From NCBI GenBank assembly GCA_963810275.1, contig CAWENF010000017.1, positions 64,404-128,403 of the forward strand: a stretch of DNA of 64,000 nt, written 5' to 3'. The notes below the pieces were generated by a model that was not told where the DNA came from, made no database searches, and was given only the letters and a program-made list of their open reading frames with translations. The stretch comes from an uncultured archaeon. GTDB lineage: Archaea > Thermoproteota > Bathyarchaeia > Bathyarchaeales > Bathycorpusculaceae. A program made the translations under genes and the position numbers. Shown here piece by piece: positions 39,157 to 48,714 of the stretch (positions are counted from its first letter, which is position 1; each line of letters begins with the position of its first letter).

Positions 39157-41610
39157 TTACTGTCGTTTTCTTGTAACGAGCAATGCAAGCCCTATACCGA
39201 CTGCAATGATTGCCACTAGTATGCCTATGATTCCGGGTAGAATATACTGGTCAGCTGATGACACTACTTGTTGTTCTTGAGGTGCTGGTGTTGCTGCCGC
39301 TGGATCGACTGCAAAGCATGTTACGGCATGTGAGGGCCAGTAGGCCTTGCTTCCGCCAAATGATGCATACAGAGTGTATTGGCCTTCGATGTCTGGTTTC
39401 CAGTTAAAGCTGAAGAATCCGTCTGCATCGCTTGTTGTGGTACCGATTGTGCGGTAGTTGCCGTTTGAGTCTACAACGCTTAATTCTACGGGAACGCCTG
39501 TTGCGTTTGTTGGTCTTTCAAAGTTTTTGTAGACATAAAGCATCCATGGAGTCTGGGAGTCGTCAGAGACTGCGGGTACTCCATTGGGGAATCGGGCTGC
39601 AATGGTGTTGTCGTTTGTGCCAGCGGAAATGTCGGTTATGGATCCTTTGATAACTACTGTTTTTCCGTATTCTACTGAGATATCGGGTGCGTTTACTGTT
39701 ATTGCTGTTGGGCCTTTGCCTATGGCGTAGATGCGTTGATCATAGGTGTCCATGGTTGCGATGATGCTGTCGCCGATGACTGCTCTGCCGCCCCATTCTG
39801 TTTGTCTAAAGAGACCGTCTGCTCTGAAGATTTCTGTTCCGTCAGTTAGGTTGACTGCAGTAAATGCTGCGCCTCTTGGTCTTGGGTCAACTGGAGAGTG
39901 TTCAGCGGTGCCCATATAGAGTTTTCCGTCAGCCACAAATAGCGGTCTAACGTTCCATTGATTTGCCCATAGGTTTTGGTTGTTTGGGTCATCTGCTGCG
40001 TAGGTCCAGAGTAGTTGTCCTGTTTTGGCTTCATATGCGTATATTATACCGCTCATGCCTTGGGCTATTAGTTTGCCATCAGTTATCAAAGAGTGCATTC
40101 CGAACATGTCGAGGTAGTTTTGTTGTGCTGTTGGACCCCAGATGTTTTTGCCTGTGTCAGTGCTAAAGCCCCAGATTTGTTGGGTTTCTTTGCTCCACAC
40201 AGCGACTAGTCCGTCTTTGACGCTGCCTGAGATACGGCTTATCGTTTGGTAGCCGTCATACCAGTCACTTGGTGCGTTCCATGTTTGGTTGTAGATTAGT
40301 TGGCCTTGTTGTCCGTCTTTTAGGTTTAGTGCCCACATATTGACGTACTTTAGGTCGATGATGTTTAGTGCGACGATTTTGTCGTTGATTTCTGCGTAAG
40401 CTGCGCCTGTGAGTCCTTCGGGGATAGTTACGTTCCACATGTATCCTTGTGATGCGTCATAGTTGCTGCCGCCTGGGTTCCAGTATCTGCCGAATTCGTA
40501 TGTTCCATCGCCGACGTTGACAACTGTGGTTGAGTTCCAGCAGGTCATCCAGCCGTTTCTGTCAACTGTGTAGATGAGAATTTCGTTGTTGGGGCCAATT
40601 ACGGTTACTCCTCTAGGTACACCGGTCATTGAGTAGACGAGTTCGCCGTTGATGGCATCATAAGCAGTCCAGGTGCTGCCTGAGGTTGACCAAAGGTATG
40701 GGTAAGCTCCGTGCATGTTCATGGTGTCGACATACATTAGTTGTCCAAATGATAGGCGAGTATTGTTCTTTGTCCAGAGTTCTTCGCCTGTGCGAAGGTC
40801 AACTGCTCTTATTTGCTGAACTGGATAATGTCCTTTGCCGCTGTCTGCGGGGTAGGTGTTGTAATAGAGAACTCCGTTCATGATGACGGAATCAGCAAAG
40901 TGTCCTTGGTATGCGTCTCCAGTGGTGAAGGATTTGTCAGTTGTCTCTGGTCCTACGAGACCGCCGAAATCGAGTTGTTTTGCCCAAAGAATGTGTGCTG
41001 TTTCGGGTGCATCAAGGTTGCCTTGTGTCACGAGGTTGTCGGGGGTTCTTTGCCAGTTGCCTGCAACTTGGGTCCAACTGTGTAGTTGTGAGTCTATGGG
41101 TCTGCTCCAGTATTCTGTTGGTAGTGCATGTTCTTGGTATGTTGGTGTGGCTTCTTCTTGTACTTCTAGTGTCAGGATTCTGCTGTCGCTAGCGAGCATA
41201 ATTGTTCCTTCAGGTAAGGGATTGCCAAACATAGGTGGAATAGCTACATCGTTTATTTGTTCTGGGAAGTGGGTTTGGAAGGTATAGTTGCCGACTTTTG
41301 TGGGTATAAATATGCTTCCTAGACCGCCTGTTGGGTCTGTGTTAAAAGGACCTAAAGTTGTTTCGCTACCATCTGGATCTGTCACAGTAACGGTTAGCCC
41401 CTTCCAACCGTCATAAATGCTCATGTACTGCTGTGTTATGCCTATGTGGAGTAGGGTTTCTTGGTTTACACCTACTGGGTTAGGGGTTGCTCCAATGTAG
41501 GCATATGTTACTCTTTTTTCTTCAGTTTGTGCTGTTGCGTATCCAAAGAAAGCTGAGAAAGATAGAATAGCCACTATGGCAATAGCCATAATTTGTTTTG
41601 AATATTGCAA
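39157..41610 (-). CDS. Secreted PQQ-binding-like beta-propeller surface protein (paralog 3)
   Basis: PNPVGVNQ, LPTEYWSRPI, VDLRTGEELW, IGKGPT and RFPNGVPAVSD motifs; TM anchor; AGGAG SD before a TTG start. Confidence 0.9.
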   Translation of the reverse strand: MQYSKQIMAIAIVAILSFSAFFGYATAQTEEKRVTYAYIGATPNPVGVNQETLLHIGITQQYMSIYDGWKGLTVTVTDPDGSETTLGPFNTDPTGGLGSIFIPTKVGNYTFQTHFPEQINDVAIPPMFGNPLPEGTIMLASDSRILTLEVQEEATPTYQEHALPTEYWSRPIDSQLHSWTQVAGNWQRTPDNLVTQGNLDAPETAHILWAKQLDFGGLVGPETTDKSFTTGDAYQGHFADSVIMNGVLYYNTYPADSGKGHYPVQQIRAVDLRTGEELWTKNNTRLSFGQLMYVDTMNMHGAYPYLWSTSGSTWTAYDAINGELVYSMTGVPRGVTVIGPNNEILIYTVDRNGWMTCWNSTTVVNVGDGTYEFGRYWNPGGSNYDASQGYMWNVTIPEGLTGAAYAEINDKIVALNIIDLKYVNMWALNLKDGQQGQLIYNQTWNAPSDWYDGYQTISRISGSVKDGLVAVWSKETQQIWGFSTDTGKNIWGPTAQQNYLDMFGMHSLITDGKLIAQGMSGIIYAYEAKTGQLLWTYAADDPNNQNLWANQWNVRPLFVADGKLYMGTAEHSPVDPRPRGAAFTAVNLTDGTEIFRADGLFRQTEWGGRAVIGDSIIATMDTYDQRIYAIGKGPTAITVNAPDISVEYGKTVVIKGSITDISAGTNDNTIAARFPNGVPAVSDDSQTPWMLYVYKNFERPTNATGVPVELSVVDSNGNYRTIGTTTSDADGFFSFNWKPDIEGQYTLYASFGGSKAYWPSHAVTCFAVDPAAATPAPQEQQVVSSADQYILPGIIGILVAIIAVGIGLALLVTRKRQ

Positions 41611-41668
41611 TTTTTTCTTACTCCTTACTATGAAAGTTTGTTATTTTTATAGATAAGTATCACGGACA

Positions 41669-41764
41669 TTGCGTGCATGCAAGGTAATGTGTAAAGATAA
41701 TGATTCATTCATTAAAAATATATAGAAAATAAACAAATATATCGTTCACTTTGCGTGCACACAA
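41669..41764. promoter_or_regulatory. Two copies of a 14-bp palindromic operator-like motif
   Basis: TTGCGTGCATGCAA (41669-41682) and TTGCGTGCACACAA (41751-41764) in a divergent intergenic region. Confidence 0.55.
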
Positions 41765-41863
41765 AAATATGTTAAAAAACAGTGCTTGTTTGAGAAACAA
41801 AATGCAGAAATAAACAAGAAAGAGATAGCAAATATTAAACAAATTAGACAACAAATTTGCTGT

Positions 41864-42556
41864 ATGGACTATAATTACTTGAGGATCACCATTGAAGCCG
41901 CTTCAGCAATTGCTTGCTTTGTTCTGCTCAAGTTTATGATAAAGCCGTATCAGCTCAAAAAGCAAAGCCGCTATCTTGGGTTACCGATTGGATTTGGCGT
42001 TCTTGGTTTAAATTTTGCCTTTGTTGTATTGTTATTGATTCCGCCACTTTTTCATAATGCCGCTTTGTCCTGGTTTGCTCATTTCACCCGGGTTTTTGCC
42101 TTTGTATTTTTTGCGGTGACGTATTATTTCTCTAAGAAATCAGAAAAACGCTTACTATGGGACTTAACCCTTAGCCTCTTAGTAGTTGCAGTTGTAGCTT
42201 CTGCTTTGATTCTGATTTATACTCCGCAAGATATTTTATCTAATTATGCAAGTGCTTTGACGTTTGTCCGAGTTCTTAGCATAGCGATCTTGGCATACAT
42301 AATTATTCACACTTTTAGAATTCATTTAGCAAATCCAAATCAAACGCCATCTTGGATTCCTCTTGGGTTTCTATTCTTAGCGTTAAGCCAGTTTTTATTA
42401 CTGACAATTACATTGCTTGGAGGTTTCCTGAGCTCCAGTTATACAGATATTTTGGGTTGGGGAGGCTTGGCTGCTCGTTTGGTTGGCTTATCGCTTTTTC
42501 TTTTTGTTACATATCGAACTTTTTGCAGTTCGGAGGGAGCAAGTCGCAATATATGA
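41864..42556 (+). CDS. Polytopic (about 7 TM) membrane protein
   Basis: About seven hydrophobic segments; start placed at MDYNYL; its stop overlaps the next ATG. Confidence 0.75.
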   Translation: MDYNYLRITIEAASAIACFVLLKFMIKPYQLKKQSRYLGLPIGFGVLGLNFAFVVLLLIPPLFHNAALSWFAHFTRVFAFVFFAVTYYFSKKSEKRLLWDLTLSLLVVAVVASALILIYTPQDILSNYASALTFVRVLSIAILAYIIIHTFRIHLANPNQTPSWIPLGFLFLALSQFLLLTITLLGGFLSSSYTDILGWGGLAARLVGLSLFLFVTYRTFCSSEGASRNI

Positions 42557-42825
42557 GCAAAACTCATCGGAGTAAAATGGACATATATGGCGATCTGTTA
42601 GCTGTGCTAAAAGACGAAGCTAAAAACGAAAAGATAGTGATAACCCGAATCCAAGGCCGCACCAACGTGCCCTTTGATAGATTAAAAAAATATATTTCTG
42701 AACTTCACGATATAGGCTTGATTGAAGACCAAACTACGCTTAAACTTACTGAAAAAGGCAAAGAATACCTAAAAGGGTACCAGCAAATTGTGCGTTTCAT
42801 GCAGCGTATGGGTCTCACAAAATAG
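42553..42825 (+). CDS. Small archaeal winged-helix regulator (COG3432-like)
   Basis: HRSKMDIYGDLL...ITRI...N...RLKKYI.EL...GLI....LTEKGKEYL. Confidence 0.85.
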   Translation: MSKTHRSKMDIYGDLLAVLKDEAKNEKIVITRIQGRTNVPFDRLKKYISELHDIGLIEDQTTLKLTEKGKEYLKGYQQIVRFMQRMGLTK

Positions 42826-42843
42826 AATGAGCAAGGGTGAGTT

Positions 42844-42892
42844 GGGTTTGCTGAGGCTTTTGTTCAAGCTTTAAGGAGAAAAAAGGAAAGAA
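42844..42892 (+). repeat. 48-bp imperfect direct repeat, copy 2
   Basis: GGGTTTGCTGAGGCTTTTGTTCAAGCTTTAAGGAGAAAAAAGGAAAGAA. Confidence 0.8.
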
Positions 42893-42899
42893 AGCAATA

Positions 42900-43681
42900 G
42901 CGTCACTGGAGCGAACAGAAAGCTACAAGCTCCTACTCTGTCTTGCCTATGATGGATTCTGCAAAGCCAATGGTTTAACATGGATAATGCCAACTATAAA
43001 CAAAGCGAACCTATGCCTTTCTGCCCACTTGAATCCGGATTAGATGCGCTAATCGCCAACTGCAACCGAAAAACCTCAACCTTGCTTAGACTACTCAAAG
43101 AAGCCGCTATGAGACTCGGGGAAGCATGGCAACTCGAATGGACTGACTTGGATGTTGAATGCCGAACTTTATTATGCAATCACTCAGAGAAGAATAGCAA
43201 ACCCAGAATCTTCAAAATCTCAGCACAACTTGTAGAAATGCTACAGAACTTACCAAAAGTCAACCAATACATATTCACATGCAGTCCTAAACCTCAGAAA
43301 GGACATGAAGACCCCAAACTACACATGCGCCTACTGAAACGACAAAAAGCCTTACGTGCACATCCCAGACGAAGAATCAGAAAAACTACGAAACCCAAGA
43401 CTGCTTAAGATACATTATCACACCTTTAGGTACTGGAAAGCAACTCAACTCTACCATCAAACAAGAGACAGCTTCTACGTCATGAAATTCCTAGGACACA
43501 CTGATGTCAAGAACACTCTCATCTACATCGATTTTAGAGATAGCATGTTACTCAAGAAGTGGCGATGAATACCACGCTAAAGTTACAAGAATTGAAACAG
43601 AAGCTCTACAACTCATTAATGCTGGATTTGACTATGTTTGCGATATGGGCGTAAGTTAAACTCCTCAGAAAGCGAAAGTAA
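42900..43681 (+). pseudogene. Tyrosine recombinase/integrase remnant
   Basis: Fragments in several frames: AMRLGEA..L.W.D (catalytic R), EKNSKPR, HTFRYWKAT..YH.TRD..YV..FLGH..V.NTLIY and C-terminal GFDYVCD...RKRK*; 5' boundary approximate. Confidence 0.85.
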
Positions 43682-43713
43682 AAAAAAGTTTTACTATTTG
43701 TCCAAAAGCATGG

Positions 43714-44010
43714 TTAAAATTTCATTATCTGGGCATGGGGTACACCCTCAATATTTATAACAGCCTCTGGGTGCACATAGCCCTCTTTAATGGCCATGTC
43801 CACACAAGCTTTACCCACCAAATTCACAATAGTACAGTTGCCAATCAACCCGACGGCTTCGTCTACTGTGGTTTTTTTGCCCTTATAGAATTCATCTTTT
43901 ATATGGAAGACTATTTTGCCTTCCCGAAGCGTCTTCCCTAGAAGATCGCAGTCGCAAACTGCTAATACGATGTTTTCGCCGACTTTCCTGATGTTCAGGT
44001 AGACTTCCAC
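43714..44010 (-). CDS. DUF424 family protein
   Basis: VLAVCDCDLLGK, FY.G, NLVG..V..AI..G and I.GVPHAQ motifs; next to aIF2-beta. Confidence 0.88.
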   Translation of the reverse strand: MEVYLNIRKVGENIVLAVCDCDLLGKTLREGKIVFHIKDEFYKGKKTTVDEAVGLIGNCTIVNLVGKACVDMAIKEGYVHPEAVINIEGVPHAQIMKF

Positions 44011-44022
44011 TAAGATTCAGCC

Positions 44023-44433
44023 TTAGAGCTGTTTGATGGCTGATTTTGCACCGCAGGCATTACAGATTAGAAATGCTAGACGTTTTTCTCTGTTAAGTTT
44101 TGTGTCGGGACGTTTACATACAGGGCATACTACATAGCCTTCCATGTATCGTTGGAGAAGGCGTTCGAAGCTATCGACTCGGAATTTACCTTGAAATATG
44201 GCGCGGTTGTCATGGAATGTTGCGGCGGTAGCCATTTCGCGGGTTAAGAATTTTAGAAGGTGTTGAGGGTCACGGTCAAGGGAGTCAGATATATCTTTAA
44301 AGTTGTTGATTACTGTGCGCATGCCTACAGTTTGAATCATTATGCGGGGTAACTCAAGGCGTTCACGCTTTGTTTGTACTTCGGGCATCTGGTCACAGGC
44401 GCGTTTGAGCAAGTCGTCATAGTTGAAACTCAT
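44023..44433 (-). CDS. eif2b: Translation initiation factor aIF-2 beta
   Basis: Y..LLKRA, L.RDPQHLLKFL.RE and YVVCPVCKRPDT...CNACGA zinc ribbon. Confidence 0.94.
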   Translation of the reverse strand: MSFNYDDLLKRACDQMPEVQTKRERLELPRIMIQTVGMRTVINNFKDISDSLDRDPQHLLKFLTREMATAATFHDNRAIFQGKFRVDSFERLLQRYMEGYVVCPVCKRPDTKLNREKRLAFLICNACGAKSAIKQL

Positions 44434-44591
44434 ATTGTCCACTTTAACCCAAAAATGGTGAACGCACATATTTAAGAGTATAATAGTTGATGAGCCATAT
44501 TCTATGGGTATTATCGAGTCATTTTAGGTAACTATTATAAATTCGATTGTTACATCGTAGGTGAATACCATTCACTTCAGAAGGCTGACTC

Positions 44592-45545
44592 TTGACCGTC
44601 GAGAAACAAACTCCGAGCCAAATTTCAAACATCAATACCCAGATTGATAAACTCAAAGAGCAAACACGTGAAGCAAACGCTCAAATCAAGAAGTATATTG
44701 AAAAAAGAGACGAACTTCATGAGAAGGTGCGCAAAACCCGCGAGGAAATTAACCAGCTTAAAGTCGAACGGGATGCACTAAACGAGAAAGTCAGACTGCT
44801 AAAACAGCAACGTGATGCCGTCCGAGTTAACGTAACACCCATTATGAGTGAAGTGAATGCACTTAACGAGAAAATCGAAGGTCTTAAGAAGAATCTACCC
44901 CGTATCAGCCAACGGAACCTCAAGCAGGAACTTGAAGCCATCGAGTGGAAAATCGCTACTACGTCTATGGATTTAAAAGAAGAGAAGAAGCTCATCGACA
45001 ACGTTAAAGAGTTAGAGATTCAGCTTAGTGGCTACAAGAAAATTGCTGTGCAACGCAAAAAAATTAAGGACCTCATTGAACACCGCAAAACTTTTGATGT
45101 CCAAGCTGACGAATTCCACAAGGAACTTACGGACTTAGCTAAGAAAAGCCAAGACTTACATGCTGTTATGATTGAAAAAATCAACGCTATGAAGCGGGAC
45201 CGCACTGAAGCAGACAGTCTTCATCAATCATTCATTAAGGCTAAAGAGCAAAATAACGCAGCTTACGACCAAATCCGCGTTTTAATCGCGCAATCCACAG
45301 GCATACGCCAAGGCATACGGGAACAATACCAGACCCGAAGAAGAGAAGATGAATCCAGACGAAAAGTCGAGGACGAAAAGCGCAAACAGGAGCAAGCGGA
45401 ACGCACTGTTAAAGAGCAAGCTATGAAACAGAAAATCGGGTCTGAAGCAAAAGAGAAACTTTCTCGAGGCGAAAAGGTCAGCTGGGACGAGTTCGCAATG
45501 ATGCTTGGAGACGGTGAAGTCGATGACACAGAAGGGCAAGCTTAA
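44592..45545 (+). CDS. Conserved archaeal coiled-coil protein (COG1340-like)
   Basis: Long K/E/Q-rich heptads, IEW..AT..L..EK.L and C-terminal KL.RGEK.SWDEF. Confidence 0.8.
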   Translation: MTVEKQTPSQISNINTQIDKLKEQTREANAQIKKYIEKRDELHEKVRKTREEINQLKVERDALNEKVRLLKQQRDAVRVNVTPIMSEVNALNEKIEGLKKNLPRISQRNLKQELEAIEWKIATTSMDLKEEKKLIDNVKELEIQLSGYKKIAVQRKKIKDLIEHRKTFDVQADEFHKELTDLAKKSQDLHAVMIEKINAMKRDRTEADSLHQSFIKAKEQNNAAYDQIRVLIAQSTGIRQGIREQYQTRRREDESRRKVEDEKRKQEQAERTVKEQAMKQKIGSEAKEKLSRGEKVSWDEFAMMLGDGEVDDTEGQA

Positions 45546-45581
45546 AGTTAAGAGGCTGTATTAAAGAGATAGAGATTTGGA

Positions 45582-46826
45582 ATGGCTAAAAAGGAAACGC
45601 AGGGGCAGACGCAAAAGCGTATCCTAATTCTTTGCGTGGACAGAGACGGCGACATAGAGACGAAAACGTCTCTTAAAACGCCGCTTCTGGGTAGAACAGC
45701 CAATCTGGATGGCGCCGTTGCATTAGCGCTTAAAGATTCTGAGGAACCCGACGCAAACGCAATGTTTGAAGCTGTTGGACTCTACGATAGACTCAACAAA
45801 AGCAAACAGCCTGAAGAAATCTTTGAAATCGCGACAATCAGTGGTTCAGATTTAGGCGGAGTGAGTGCAGACCGCAAACTCGTCGCTGAACTTAACAGTA
45901 TTCTAGAATCATTTACTGCTAACGAAGTTATTCTGGTTTCAGATGGGTTCTCTGACGAAGCAGTTCTACCGCTGGTAGAGTCAAGAGTGCCTGTTTCATC
46001 AGTGCGTCGCATAGTCATTAAACACAGCGAATCCATCGAAGAAACCGCTGCGGTCTTCACCAAATACATGCGGTTACTAGTGGATAACCCACGCTACGCT
46101 CGCATAGCGTTGGGGTTGCCCGGCATTTTAGTTTTGATCTTTGGAGTTTTGTGGGCTATTGACAATTTGGGCATCTACAAAGGAGCACTGTACTTTTTTG
46201 GTATAGCCATACTAATTGTTATTGGCGGTTTTCTGCTTTTAAAGGGTTTTGGGGTGGACCGTGCCACCAAGGACTTTTACCGTTGGGCTAGAGATTATGA
46301 ACCGCCTGCGTTGCCCATTCAGATTTCCAACTACACAGTCATAGCGGGTATCCTCTGCATTGCAATCAGCATCTATTTGGGTATTACCAGTGTTGCAGTG
46401 AATGCACAGCCTTACCCCTCAGACCTCGGCGGATGGCTTAGCATAGCTCCTAAAATCGCTACTTTCTTCATAAAAGGTATTCAGGAACTTCTAATCGTAG
46501 GCGTATGCATTGTACTTTTGGGCAGAAGTGTAAGACTCTACTTTGAACGAGACTCACGATTGCTACGTAACATCGCATTGATTATTTCTGTCGCTTGGTT
46601 CCGATGGATTTTGGACGCAACAGCAAATATAATCTACAATCCGCTCAGCCCTGATACATCGGTAGTTGGTTTAGAGAACCCTGCCTTTGCCGATTTCCTA
46701 TTCACGATAATAGTTGGCATCTTGATCGGCGTTGCCTCTGTGCTACTGATTTACATTGTTAACCGTTCAACAAGAGACTTTTTCAAAAATAAAAATAGTG
46801 AAGAGCTAGATGAAGAAAAATCTTGA
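45582..46826 (+). CDS. DUF373 family membrane protein
   Basis: ILCVDRDGD, EEPDANAMF, VSDG..DE...P...SR and IKHSESIE motifs. Confidence 0.88.
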   Translation: MAKKETQGQTQKRILILCVDRDGDIETKTSLKTPLLGRTANLDGAVALALKDSEEPDANAMFEAVGLYDRLNKSKQPEEIFEIATISGSDLGGVSADRKLVAELNSILESFTANEVILVSDGFSDEAVLPLVESRVPVSSVRRIVIKHSESIEETAAVFTKYMRLLVDNPRYARIALGLPGILVLIFGVLWAIDNLGIYKGALYFFGIAILIVIGGFLLLKGFGVDRATKDFYRWARDYEPPALPIQISNYTVIAGILCIAISIYLGITSVAVNAQPYPSDLGGWLSIAPKIATFFIKGIQELLIVGVCIVLLGRSVRLYFERDSRLLRNIALIISVAWFRWILDATANIIYNPLSPDTSVVGLENPAFADFLFTIIVGILIGVASVLLIYIVNRSTRDFFKNKNSEELDEEKS

Positions 46827-46950
46827 AGAACTCTAATAAGAAATGTCTTTTTGGCTTTTTTGTTAGGTTTTTGGGGTAAGCTTTAATTGAACCTTAAAAG
46901 GATTAAGTTTATTCATCGCCACAACGGCGTCAGTTCACGAGGATCCAATA

Positions 46951-47751
46951 TTGCTTAAAAGAATTCTCTCCGTACTTGGTATCTACCGGCTCTACGAAGC
47001 GTGGCTTTGGGGGCAAGTCAAAACGGGCATAACCCCCGAACACATCGCTATCATTTTGGATGGGAACCGCCGCTGGGCAAATGAGCAGCAGGTTACGCAT
47101 CCATTACTGATTAAAGACAAATGGGGGCATGGGGAAGGCGCTGACACGGTGGAGCAGCTTCTGGATTGGTGCCACTCGATCGGCGTTAAAAACGTGACGC
47201 TATACACTTTCTCAACTGAAAACTTTACTCGCCGTTCTGAGGAAGTAACCCAGATTATGGAGTTAGCCAAAGCGCGTTTCTTAAAACTCTTAGATGACCC
47301 TCGAGTTCATAGGGACAAGATACATGTTAAAGTAATTGGCAGAGTAAATTTGTTGCCTGAGGACTTACAAGAGATCATTACTAAACTGGAAAAAGCCACG
47401 ACCGACTATGGCAATTACTTCTGGAACTTTGCGTTTGCTTATGGTGGACGAGCGGAAATTGTTGATGCAACTAAAACCATAGCTAAAAAAGTTAAAGACG
47501 GGAAAATAGAAATCGACGATATAAGTGAAAAAGTTTTTGAAAAATACCTCTATACTTCGCATATGACAAAGCAGGATCCTGATATGATTATCCGTACTTC
47601 AGGTGAAGAGCGTCTAAGTGGTTTTCTGCTTTGGCAGGCGGCGTATAGTGAATTGTTTTTTTTGGATGTTTACTGGCCTGATTTCCGCAGAATCGATCTG
47701 CTTAGAGCAATTAGGGTTTTTCAACATCGTAAGCGGCGTTACGGCTCCTAA
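46951..47751 (+). CDS. uppS: Polyprenyl (undecaprenyl) diphosphate synthase
   Basis: HIAIILDGNRRWA, FSTENF, AYGGRAEI, IIRTSGEERLSGFLLWQ and RRYG motifs. Confidence 0.95.
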   Translation: MLKRILSVLGIYRLYEAWLWGQVKTGITPEHIAIILDGNRRWANEQQVTHPLLIKDKWGHGEGADTVEQLLDWCHSIGVKNVTLYTFSTENFTRRSEEVTQIMELAKARFLKLLDDPRVHRDKIHVKVIGRVNLLPEDLQEIITKLEKATTDYGNYFWNFAFAYGGRAEIVDATKTIAKKVKDGKIEIDDISEKVFEKYLYTSHMTKQDPDMIIRTSGEERLSGFLLWQAAYSELFFLDVYWPDFRRIDLLRAIRVFQHRKRRYGS

Positions 47752-47884
47752 TTAGAATTTAATCTATTTGATAAGAAGAGAAAAACTGTTTTAATTCTTC
47801 ATATTATTTTTTTGAGACAAACTGGTTTTTGGAAAAGCAATATAGCATAGGAAGCAGACCCTTAATGAAAAAGAGGAAAAACGC

Positions 47885-48547
47885 ATGTTGATTGCGGGGG
47901 TTGACGAAGCAGGACGTGGCTGTGTGGTGGGACCGCTTGTTGTTGCAGGCATCGCCGTGCCAGCTGAAAACATTGCCCTGCTTTCCGAACTGGGCGTGAA
48001 AGACTCCAAAAAACTCACCCCAAAAAAGCGTGAAGCGCTTTACCCTGAAATTTTACGGTTAACCCATAGCCACCACATCATCAAAGTAAGGCCTTATTTA
48101 ATTGATAGAGCAGTGCGCTGCAAAGTGGCACTCAACAAGCTTAACCGCCTAGAAGCAAAAACCATGGCTAAAATTATTGAGGAGCTCAAACCTGATGAGG
48201 TCTATGTCGACGCAGCCGACGTATTGGAGCATCGATTCGGAATGCACATTCAGGAATACTTAACGTTTAAGGCACGAATAATTTCTGAGCACAAAGCAGA
48301 TATAACATATGTGGTGGTTTCTGCAGCATCAGTAATCGCAAAGGTTGAGCGGGACCGAGAAATCGAAGAAGTTAAGAACTATTATGGCGACTGCGGCACT
48401 GGGTACATGGCAGATTGCAAAACATTGATGTTTTTGCGGCGATTGCTGGACGACTTTGGGGATTACCCTAGTTGTGTGAGAAAAAGCTGGGAACCTGCTA
48501 AACGGGTTAAAGGTGAATTTAGGGTTAAACAACGGACTCTGTTTTAA
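47885..48547 (+). CDS. rnhB: Ribonuclease HII
   Basis: GVDEAGRG.VVGP, DSKKL, VYVDA and HKAD...VSAASVIAKV.RD motifs. Confidence 0.95.
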   Translation: MLIAGVDEAGRGCVVGPLVVAGIAVPAENIALLSELGVKDSKKLTPKKREALYPEILRLTHSHHIIKVRPYLIDRAVRCKVALNKLNRLEAKTMAKIIEELKPDEVYVDAADVLEHRFGMHIQEYLTFKARIISEHKADITYVVVSAASVIAKVERDREIEEVKNYYGDCGTGYMADCKTLMFLRRLLDDFGDYPSCVRKSWEPAKRVKGEFRVKQRTLF

Positions 48548-48714
48548 ACTATTTTTCTTGAGAGAAATAAATCAATTTCAAGTGACGCAGTGCTGGCTTA
48601 AGGAGATCAAGTGAAAAAGGTTATTTATTGTGTTATGTAGTGTCAAAAAAGATACAATTTATTAATACCTTTAACGTAATTAAAAGGGAAGCGGTTTCTA
48701 ACGGCGAAAAATCA

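Noticed and set aside
42352-42552. N-terminal extension of the 157-aa ORF 42352-42825
   Set aside because: It overlaps the membrane gene; the wHTH begins at ATG 42553.
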